This document shows positions 8,292-15,603 of a DNA stretch of 64,000 bases, piece after piece; position 1 is the stretch's first letter; each line of letters starts with the position of its first letter. The stretch lies in NCBI GenBank assembly GCA_934309145.1, contig CAKRCW010000006.1, positions 77,905 to 141,904 of the forward strand, read 5' to 3'. Source of the DNA: an uncultured Lachnospiraceae bacterium (GTDB lineage Bacteria > Bacillota > Clostridia > Lachnospirales > Lachnospiraceae). The notes beneath the pieces were generated by a model that saw only the letters and a list, made by a program, of their open reading frames with translations, was not told the origin of the DNA and made no database searches. The position numbers and the translations under genes are program-made.

Positions 8292-9203
8292 ATGGACAGA
8301 TTAGAAGATGAATATGATGAATTTAAACTTAATTTTCGTATAGATGAAGGTACAGCGGTTAAGCAGGATGAGTATGAGCTTTTTAACTATGAGTTTGTCG
8401 GAAACCGTACTACCTGTATGGTATCTGTGCTTGATGGTGTTAATGTCCTGTCATATACGATACCAGCGACGCTGCCTCTTAGTAAATTCCTTAAGAAGCA
8501 GTTATATAAGGCTGAGTTTTTATCTATAATATCCAACATACTTAAGCAGCTTATATATTTTGAGGAGAATGATATGCCTCTTAAGAAGGTCCTGCTTAAC
8601 ACCAAGTATATGTATATTGAGCTCTCCAATCTTGATATACAGTTAATTTATATGCCGCTTGAGAAGAGTTTTGCCGATTGCAATATATGTGAATTCATAC
8701 AGAAATTTATTGCTAAGGTAAGATTCGCGGATATGCAGTGTGTATCGTGTGTTGATGAGATACTTCATTATCTTGACAGTCGTATGATGTTCTCGCTTAA
8801 GGACTTCTATAAATTCATTCTCGCCATGGAGAAGGATGTAATTGATAAGGATGTCGAGGATAATGGAGAGGGAGAGACAACAGTTCTACAGCAGATGCAG
8901 TACAACAACATTGTTCCTTATCTTGTGAGAGTAAGGACAAATGAGTTAATTCCTATCGAAAAGACTGAATTTTTTGTTGGAAAGTCGCCTGAATGTGATT
9001 ATCAGGTTGTGGATAATAAGCGCGTCAGCAGAAAACACTGTACATTTATTATAAGCAATGGTGAGTGCTATATAAGGGACAATAATTCAACTAACCATAC
9101 TTATGTCAATGGCAAGCTGATTCAGCCGGGATTTGATGTTATGTTAGGCAATGATGACTATATAAGGCTTGGCGATGAGGAGTTTAAATACTGGGTTAGA
9201 TAA
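8292..9203 (+). CDS. FHA domain-containing protein
   Basis: The C-terminal FHA signature is FFVGKSPECDYQVVDNKRVSRKHCTFI...IRDNNSTNHTYVNG. The N-terminal ~200 aa are uncharacterised. The gene starts 12 nt after the hydrogenase stop. Confidence 0.8.
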   Translation: MDRLEDEYDEFKLNFRIDEGTAVKQDEYELFNYEFVGNRTTCMVSVLDGVNVLSYTIPATLPLSKFLKKQLYKAEFLSIISNILKQLIYFEENDMPLKKVLLNTKYMYIELSNLDIQLIYMPLEKSFADCNICEFIQKFIAKVRFADMQCVSCVDEILHYLDSRMMFSLKDFYKFILAMEKDVIDKDVEDNGEGETTVLQQMQYNNIVPYLVRVRTNELIPIEKTEFFVGKSPECDYQVVDNKRVSRKHCTFIISNGECYIRDNNSTNHTYVNGKLIQPGFDVMLGNDDYIRLGDEEFKYWVR

Positions 9204-9311
9204 CAATAATTTTTATATGTGGCAGAAAATGCCATGTCTATAATTGAATAGAATATACCTCATGTGTAAATCCTTTAAAGTAACTAAGTTACTTCAGGAG
9301 GAATACAAAAC

Positions 9312-10091
9312 ATGGCACTTAATAAGGTTATGATATGTGGGGTAAATACATCAAAGCTTCCTTTACTTACTGATGAAGAAAAGGAAGCTTTGTTTGTGCG
9401 TATTGCTGATGGTGATATGGATGCAAGAGAGAAATTTATCAAGGGAAACTTAAGACTTGTTTTAAGTGTTATACAGAGATTTTCGGGAAACAACATGGAG
9501 AGTGCAGACGATTTATTTCAGGTTGGCTGCATAGGACTTATCAAGGCGATAGATAATTTTGACAGGTCGCTGGATGTTAAATTCAGTACCTATGCTGTGC
9601 CTATGATAATAGGGGAATGCAGAAGATATTTAAGGGACAATAACGCAATAAGAGTATCACGTTCATTGCGTGACATAGCTTACAAGGCAATTTATGCAAA
9701 GGATATATTAACCAAGCGTATGGACCGTGAACCTACTATCGAGGAGATTTCTAATGAGATTGATATTCCGAAGGAAGATATTGTAAATGCACTAGATGCA
9801 ATCGCAACGCCAATGTCCTTGTATGAACCGGTGTATCAGGAGGGACAGGATGTGCTTTACCTTATGGATCAGGTGAGTGACAAGAAGAACCGTGAGGACA
9901 ACTGGGTGGAGAATCTTTCACTTCGAGATGCTATGGACAGGCTTGATGACAGAGAGTATAACATCATAAAGCTTAGATTTTTTGAGGGAAAGACACAGAC
10001 AGAGGTTGCAGATGAGATATCTATATCGCAGGCACAGGTGAGCAGGCTTGAGAAAAATGCGTTAAAGACAATGAGAAATTATTTGAAATAG
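9312..10091 (+). CDS. sigG: sporulation sigma factor SigG-like (group 3 sigma-70)
   Basis: Near-colinear with my recollection of B. subtilis SigG: NKVxICGVxTSKLPxL, GNLRLVLSVIQRF, DDLFQVGCIGLxKxIDNFD, VKFSTYAVPMIIGExRRYLRDNNxIRVSRSLRDIAYKA, ISQAQVSRLEK. Confidence 0.85.
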   Translation: MALNKVMICGVNTSKLPLLTDEEKEALFVRIADGDMDAREKFIKGNLRLVLSVIQRFSGNNMESADDLFQVGCIGLIKAIDNFDRSLDVKFSTYAVPMIIGECRRYLRDNNAIRVSRSLRDIAYKAIYAKDILTKRMDREPTIEEISNEIDIPKEDIVNALDAIATPMSLYEPVYQEGQDVLYLMDQVSDKKNREDNWVENLSLRDAMDRLDDREYNIIKLRFFEGKTQTEVADEISISQAQVSRLEKNALKTMRNYLK

Positions 10092-10097
10092 GGATAT

Positions 10098-10132
10098 GAA
10101 AAACAGGGGACGAATTATGTCCCCTGTATATA
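10098..10132. terminator. bidirectional intrinsic terminator between sigG and the convergent argH operon
   Basis: ACAGGGGAC (10103-10111) pairs perfectly with GTCCCCTGT (10119-10127). It is flanked by an A-run upstream and a TATATATAT run downstream. Confidence 0.65.
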
Positions 10133-10134
10133 TA

Positions 10135-10404
10135 TTATACCGTGTCCTCATCATCCTCATGGAAGCCTTCAGCATCTAAGTCTTCGGCTGGAAGATTATC
10201 ATAGAGAAGCTCTCCGATATCAAGGTCTACATTATCGAGATTCTTAAGAATTTCTGCATCTGTGTTGTTAGGCACAACCTCTTCCTTGAGCTTATTTAAC
10301 TCGTCTATAGGAAGTCCGGTCATAAGAGCTACTTCCTCGACATCAATTTTACCCTTTAACATTCTTGTTGCAACATCATATTTTTGCTTTGTCGTGTTAT
10401 TCAT
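10135..10404 (-). CDS. hypothetical small acidic protein (possible HTH-like N-terminus)
   Basis: An 89-aa ORF whose start overlaps the argH stop by 8 nt. The N-terminus is ...VEEVALMTGLPIDELNKLK and the tail is strongly acidic (DLDAEGFHEDDEDTV). No family was recognised. Confidence 0.5.
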   Translation of the reverse strand: MNNTTKQKYDVATRMLKGKIDVEEVALMTGLPIDELNKLKEEVVPNNTDAEILKNLDNVDLDIGELLYDNLPAEDLDAEGFHEDDEDTV

Positions 10405-11797
10405 TTATATCGCCTCCGCTAAGTTTATTGATATATTGTTCATTTATCTCTATAACCTTCTTCATGGCATCCATTCCCGGAGCACCTATTGTTGTACGTT
10501 TGCTTACGCAGGTCTCTAAGCTTATAGCATCATATATATCATTTTCAAATACTGGACTTATGGCTTTATATTCATCTAAGCTCATTTCCTCAAGAGATAT
10601 ATTCTTATCAATACAATAGAGAACAAGACGACCAACTATTCCATGTGCATCTCTGAATGGTACACCATGGTTTACAAGATAATCGGCAGCGTCGGTTGCA
10701 TTTGTAAATCCGTTCATGGCACTCTTTTTCATGACTGGCTTATTGAGCTTCATGGTAGATATCATACCTGTGAACAGAGCGAGACAGCCTTTGACTGTAT
10801 CGATTGCATCAAAGGTGAGCTCCTTGTCCTCCTGCATATCCTTATTGTATGCGAGAGGAATACCCTTCATGGTAGTTAGTATAGATGTTAGTGCTGCATA
10901 GACTCTTCCTGTTTTGCCTCGTACAAGCTCTGCAATGTCAGGGTTTTTCTTCTGTGGCATAATTGAGCTTCCTGTGCTGTAGGCATCATCTAATTCAACA
11001 AACTGGTACTCATTAGAGTTCCATATAATTATCTCCTCTGAGAATCTTGAGAGATGCATCATTATAGTTGAAAATGCGGAGAGCATTTCGATGACGTAAT
11101 CTCTGTCAGATACGGAGTCCATGCTGTTTAAGGTAGGACCATAGAAACCAAGCAGACTGGCAGTAAGCTCTCTGTCAAGAGGATAGGTTGTTCCTGCGAG
11201 TGCACCTGCTCCGAGAGGACAGTAGTTCATACGCTCATATATATCGTTCATACGGCCGTAATCTCTCTTAAACATCTCCATATATGCACCCATATGATGT
11301 GCAAAGGTGACTGGCTGTGCCTTCTGAAGGTGCGTAAAGCCAGGCATATATGTATCAAGATTTTCTTTCATAAGCTTATGGAGCTCCTTTATGAGTGAAA
11401 GAAGAAGCTTCTTTACTTCGATTATTTCATCTCTTACATAAAGTCTCATATCTAAGGCAACCTGGTCATTTCTTGAACGTCCGGTGTGAAGCTTTTTGCC
11501 GACATCACCAATTCTATCTATTAAGTTTGCCTCGACAAAGCTGTGAATATCCTCGTATTCATCTGTAATAAGTAAAGTGCCGTTTTCAACGTCATTAAGT
11601 ATTCCGTTAAGCCCGTCTATAATCTGGTCACGCTCTGCCTCAGTAAGAATACTGCTTGCCGCAAGCATAGTTACATGAGCAATGCTGCCACGAATGTCCT
11701 GCTTATAGAACTTCTGGTCAAAGGAAATAGATGCGTTAAAGTTATATACAAGTTTGTCTGTTTCTTTTGTGAAACGACCTCCCCATAATTGTGCCAT
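10397..11797 (-). CDS. argH: argininosuccinate lyase
   Basis: 466 aa. It begins MAQLWGGRF and carries HTGRSRNDQV and the fumarate-lyase signature GSSIMPQKKNPD. Confidence 0.95.
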   Translation of the reverse strand: MAQLWGGRFTKETDKLVYNFNASISFDQKFYKQDIRGSIAHVTMLAASSILTEAERDQIIDGLNGILNDVENGTLLITDEYEDIHSFVEANLIDRIGDVGKKLHTGRSRNDQVALDMRLYVRDEIIEVKKLLLSLIKELHKLMKENLDTYMPGFTHLQKAQPVTFAHHMGAYMEMFKRDYGRMNDIYERMNYCPLGAGALAGTTYPLDRELTASLLGFYGPTLNSMDSVSDRDYVIEMLSAFSTIMMHLSRFSEEIIIWNSNEYQFVELDDAYSTGSSIMPQKKNPDIAELVRGKTGRVYAALTSILTTMKGIPLAYNKDMQEDKELTFDAIDTVKGCLALFTGMISTMKLNKPVMKKSAMNGFTNATDAADYLVNHGVPFRDAHGIVGRLVLYCIDKNISLEEMSLDEYKAISPVFENDIYDAISLETCVSKRTTIGAPGMDAMKKVIEINEQYINKLSGGDINE

Positions 11798-11987
11798 ATC
11801 TGTACCTCACATTCATTTGTAATATAAAGCTATGCATTTAATGCTGTTCAAATGATAATTTTACATCATATAAAGCCTTGTTTCAAGGAAAAAGTATATA
11901 AAACAAGTTCTACAAACCTGTTGATAATATGGACATATTCTTATATTATAATATATATGTATAATTATTGATTTGGAGGATACTATT

Positions 11988-12146
11988 ATGATACTTAGCA
12001 ATGCTTTACTTACAGCCATGACAGGAGATAACAGTAAACCCTTGCTTGTTGCCATATGTCTTATTGTATCGGTTATATTAATGGTTGTTCTTATTATAAC
12101 CGGTAAAAAATCAGGTAAAGACGATGACGATGATTCTGAGGAGTAA
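11988..12146 (+). CDS. hypothetical 52-aa single-pass membrane peptide with poly-Asp tail (not in ORF track)
   Basis: ATG 11988 is preceded by GGAGGA (11975-11980). The translation is MILSNALLTAMTGDNSKPLLVAICLIVSVILMVVLIITGKKSGKDDDDDSEE*. The stop at 12144-12146 lies 3 nt before the next gene. Confidence 0.4.
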   Translation: MILSNALLTAMTGDNSKPLLVAICLIVSVILMVVLIITGKKSGKDDDDDSEE

Positions 12147-12149
12147 TGT

Positions 12150-13244
12150 ATGAAGAATAAATATAACAAGATATATTGGCAGATTCCTGTTGTAGTAGTT
12201 GTGTTGATAGCAGTATATTATTTCTTTGGCTGGGACATAGGGGCTGGCCTTCATAAGGAAAATACAGCATATGATATGGCTGAGCTTACGGGAATGGTCG
12301 GAGAACAGATAGATGCCGGTAAGAGCAGTGGAACATTTTATATTAGTGAGGATATTACTGAAGATGACCTTATGAATATAAATGACAATGTATGCAGCAT
12401 AAATGGTTCAGTAGATAAGTATTCAATACTTGAGCGTGGACGAAATGGAAAAAAGGTGCTGCTTGTATACACAATCTCAGATAACTATTATGTGTATCAG
12501 AAATATATAAATGGAAATGGAATACCGGGAGACAGACCACAGGCTATAAAGCTTTATGATAAGGTTTGTTCTATCTTAGATGAGTATATTACGGATGATA
12601 TGAGTGACTATGACAAGGAGCTTGCAATCCATGATTATATAGTTAAAAATTGTGTTTACGGATATACCGATTATTCTAAGGAATATGCATACAGGGCATA
12701 CGGCGCATTGGTTCAGAACAAGGCTGTCTGTAACGGATATGCCGAGGCTATGGCGTTACTGCTTGGCTGTGCCGGAGTTGAAAATGGAATAATGACCGGA
12801 TATGCAGATGGTGATTTGCATGCGTGGAACAGAGTGCTTATTGATGGAAAATGGTATCAGGTTGATGCAACCTGGGATGATCCGATACCTGACAGGGGTT
12901 CATTTGTGGGACATATGTATTTTAATGTGACAGATGATATAATGGACGATTCACACTCTTGGGATAAGGAGCAGTTTGAGGTGTGTGACAGCATGGATTA
13001 TAACTACTTTGAGTTAAATAATCTTATATGTGACTATGACGAATTTAAGAATGTTGTCAAATCTGCCGCACAGAAGGATATAACAGCTACTATAGAGGTT
13101 GTTCTTACAGATTACAGTGATGACAAATATAGCTATGAATTTATGCAGGATATACAGGGACTTATGTATTTTCAGAGAAGTAAGGATGTTGAGGAGTATG
13201 GCCCTTACAGATTTATAACCTTATATTTGAATCAGAGGGATTGA
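12150..13244 (+). CDS. membrane-anchored transglutaminase-like (Cys-His-Asp) domain protein
   Basis: It has an N-terminal TM segment and a transglutaminase-core pattern: AVCNGYAEAMALLL ... HAWNRVLIDGKWYQVDATWDD. Confidence 0.8.
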   Translation: MKNKYNKIYWQIPVVVVVLIAVYYFFGWDIGAGLHKENTAYDMAELTGMVGEQIDAGKSSGTFYISEDITEDDLMNINDNVCSINGSVDKYSILERGRNGKKVLLVYTISDNYYVYQKYINGNGIPGDRPQAIKLYDKVCSILDEYITDDMSDYDKELAIHDYIVKNCVYGYTDYSKEYAYRAYGALVQNKAVCNGYAEAMALLLGCAGVENGIMTGYADGDLHAWNRVLIDGKWYQVDATWDDPIPDRGSFVGHMYFNVTDDIMDDSHSWDKEQFEVCDSMDYNYFELNNLICDYDEFKNVVKSAAQKDITATIEVVLTDYSDDKYSYEFMQDIQGLMYFQRSKDVEEYGPYRFITLYLNQRD

Positions 13245-13717
13245 TGATGAAGGAATATCAGATAGAAGACATAAAAGAATTTATGAATGATTTGCTTGTT
13301 AAGGACAGATATGACAGCTTTTATCTGTACGAGGCAAGAGTTAAGACAGCACTTGATTATTATATAGGTGGAAAGATAAACAAGTCATTTTTTGATACTG
13401 ATGAGCTTGAAGGAATAAAGGAGCAGGAGTATGTGACATGGAAGGAAATCAGACATTCAGTGTATGACGTAATCCGAGGTAAGAGACTTCCTATAAGCTT
13501 TAAAATTATTCTTATGTTTAACCGTGAGAATATAGAAAGACTTGTTATGATGAATAATCTTCCATTAAACCCTGAGGATATAGGAGCATTATTTTTTAAT
13601 ATTAATTATGCCAATGAAGCTTTGACTGTAACTACAGGAACATCCGTAAAGGTGTTCACGATGGATAAAACCCTTGAGAATACATGGGATGATACGGTTG
13701 AAAAATATTATATTTGA
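13241..13717 (+). CDS. hypothetical protein
   Basis: A 158-aa ORF with an ATGA overlap onto the preceding gene. Coding-like composition; no motif I can name with confidence. Confidence 0.55.
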   Translation: MMMKEYQIEDIKEFMNDLLVKDRYDSFYLYEARVKTALDYYIGGKINKSFFDTDELEGIKEQEYVTWKEIRHSVYDVIRGKRLPISFKIILMFNRENIERLVMMNNLPLNPEDIGALFFNINYANEALTVTTGTSVKVFTMDKTLENTWDDTVEKYYI

Positions 13718-13775
13718 TGGTGGGAGACAGTTAAGTATTGTGCTTATGAATAATTATATAGAGGAATTATAGAAA

Positions 13776-14699
13776 ATGAGCTGTAAGTCAGATATAAGTA
13801 ATTCAAAAACTGCATATTATCATCTTCCAGGGCTGTTTGAGTTCTATGAGCTGTATAGCAGATTTTTGCCACTATTTTATGAACACAGGGAATACTTCTA
13901 TGAATGGTGTGACATAGGCTCTATATATGGTGCTCCCCCGGATTGTATATGGGGTGGAGGACGTATAGAAATCGAGGCTTGTAAGCCAGAGGAGGTTCTG
14001 GCACTGATGAACAAATATGGAATCTCGGCAAGACTTACATTCAGCAATTCCCTGCTTTGCGAGAAACATCTTGCAGATAAAAAATGCAATGATTTATGTT
14101 ATATGTTTGAGCAATGTGGGACAATAAAAAATGGTGTTATTATCCATTCAGATTTGCTGCTTGATTATATAAAGGGGAAATATCCAAAGTTATATTTTGT
14201 TTCATCAACAACCAAGGTGTTGACTGATTTTTCTCAATTCTTACATGAGGTAAACAGGGATGATTTTATCTATGTTGTACCAGATTTTCGCCTTAATAAA
14301 AGCTTTGAAAAATTAAACCAGATGTCAGAAGAACAGAAAAATAAGGTGGAATTTTTATGTAACGAGTGTTGTTCATTTGGATGCAGAGACAGAAAGCACT
14401 GTTATGAGGCAGTAAGCAGAAGAACTCTTGGAGAAGCTGATTTTGATTATCATTGTACATCACCTGATGCAGGGGAAGGGTATATATTTTCAAAGGCTAT
14501 GAAAAATAAGGGCTTCATAGGAATTAATGACATAAAAGATACATATCTGCCGATGGGATTTTCAAACTTTAAAATTGAAGGACGTGGACTTGGAAGTGCC
14601 TTGGCTCTGGAATTTTTGTTATACTACATGACTAAGCCAGAGTATCATATACATGTGAGAGAGAAAATATATTTAGATAATATGTTGGATTTATTTTAG
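13776..14699 (+). CDS. hypothetical Cys-rich protein, possibly distantly U32-family-like
   Basis: 307 aa with a cysteine cluster (FLCNECCSFGCRDRKHCY) and FSNFKIEGRG, which resembles the LKIEGR motif I recall from U32 proteins. The assignment is tentative. Confidence 0.45.
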   Translation: MSCKSDISNSKTAYYHLPGLFEFYELYSRFLPLFYEHREYFYEWCDIGSIYGAPPDCIWGGGRIEIEACKPEEVLALMNKYGISARLTFSNSLLCEKHLADKKCNDLCYMFEQCGTIKNGVIIHSDLLLDYIKGKYPKLYFVSSTTKVLTDFSQFLHEVNRDDFIYVVPDFRLNKSFEKLNQMSEEQKNKVEFLCNECCSFGCRDRKHCYEAVSRRTLGEADFDYHCTSPDAGEGYIFSKAMKNKGFIGINDIKDTYLPMGFSNFKIEGRGLGSALALEFLLYYMTKPEYHIHVREKIYLDNMLDLF

Positions 14700-14704
14700 G
14701 GGGG

Positions 14705-15445
14705 ATGAATATGCAGGGTAGCGGAAATAAAAATGATGCAAAAGGTAAAGTGTTGGGCATTATATTTTTAATATGGTTCTTTGGCTCAATGATTGGTTTT
14801 TTTGTATGTTCAGAGTCGGAGAATAAGACGGGACCTTTGCTCGTTTTGTTTGGTCAGTATTTTCTGGTGTTTGGAATTATTGCAGTTGCAGGTAATATTA
14901 AGAATAAGCCATTCCCTGTAATTACGGTTATATTTCCGATAGTGGGACTTTCAGTGCTTGTGAGTGGAATCTGCATGATTTTTGGAGGAGAAAAAGCATT
15001 ATTATTTTTAGGGAGATATGCACCATACATATTGATTTGGATATTCCCGATTGTTGGTGTGCTCATGATTGTAAATTCATTTAGCCAATACAGGCATTTA
15101 AAACAGGTATGTACCAGAGATATACAGGCAAAGTGCATTGATATTGACAGCAGATTAAGCAGAAATAATAATGCAGTACCGGGGAGAATAAGGAAGGTAT
15201 ATATGCCCGTTTACAGCATTTTCTATAATGAGCGGGAATATGTTATCAGAAATTATAATTATACCAATTTGGTTAAATTTGAGATTGGTATGTATTACAA
15301 CATAAAGATTAATCCGTCAAATCCAAATGAATTTATGGATGAAAATTCAAGTAAGGCAAATAAACTGGCTTTTGTGTTGGGAATAATAATTATTGTTATT
15401 ACAGTGCCGATAATAATATTTCTGTATATGAATGGGATTGGATAA
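14705..15445 (+). CDS. polytopic membrane protein with soluble beta-rich insert (DUF3592-like)
   Basis: 246 aa with four N-terminal TM segments, a ~90-aa soluble segment (KCIDIDSRLS...YYNIKINPSNPNEF) and a C-terminal TM segment. Confidence 0.6.
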   Translation: MNMQGSGNKNDAKGKVLGIIFLIWFFGSMIGFFVCSESENKTGPLLVLFGQYFLVFGIIAVAGNIKNKPFPVITVIFPIVGLSVLVSGICMIFGGEKALLFLGRYAPYILIWIFPIVGVLMIVNSFSQYRHLKQVCTRDIQAKCIDIDSRLSRNNNAVPGRIRKVYMPVYSIFYNEREYVIRNYNYTNLVKFEIGMYYNIKINPSNPNEFMDENSSKANKLAFVLGIIIIVITVPIIIFLYMNGIG

Positions 15446-15474
15446 TGAAATTAATTGAATAAAACACAATCTTA

Positions 15475-15501
15475 CTAGCACTCACTAAAAATGAGTGCTA
15501 A
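15475..15501. promoter_or_regulatory. CIRCE element (HrcA operator)
   Basis: CTAGCACTC-ACTAAAAAT-GAGTGCTAA matches the consensus TTAGCACTC-N9-GAGTGCTAA at 17 of 18 arm positions with the exact 9-nt spacer. Confidence 0.75.
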
Positions 15502-15508
15502 TTTTTTC

Positions 15509-15537
15509 TTGACATAGCATTTGAATGGTATTATTAT
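15509..15537 (+). promoter_or_regulatory. sigma-A promoter, TTGACA-N17-TATTAT, for htpG
   Basis: TTGACA at 15509-15514 and TATTAT at 15532-15537. Confidence 0.5.
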
Positions 15538-15603
15538 ACTTGGTATAGAACAAAGCTTATTATGTCGCGTGGCGGCAGTATTATATTTTAGGAGGTTTTA
15601 GTA

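Noticed and set aside
9235-9268. A possible forespore (SigF/SigG-type) promoter upstream of sigG, using the GAATA repeats and CATGTGTA.
   Set aside because: The spacing and the -10 do not fit the remembered consensus sequences (GHATR-N17/18-CATnnTA or GYWTA-N15-GGnnAnAnTA). There is no GG dinucleotide at the right distance.
11798-11987. An ArgR (ARC box) operator upstream of argH.
   Set aside because: AT-rich segments such as TGTTCAAATGATAATTTTA match the remembered ARG/ARC box consensus only loosely. That is not distinguishable from background in this AT-rich spacer.
11861-12169. A 102-aa minus-strand ORF spanning the argH-upstream intergenic region.
   Set aside because: It overlaps an AT-rich promoter region and the better-supported + strand 52-aa ORF and the start of the transglutaminase-like gene. 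It has no RBS and a low-complexity translation.
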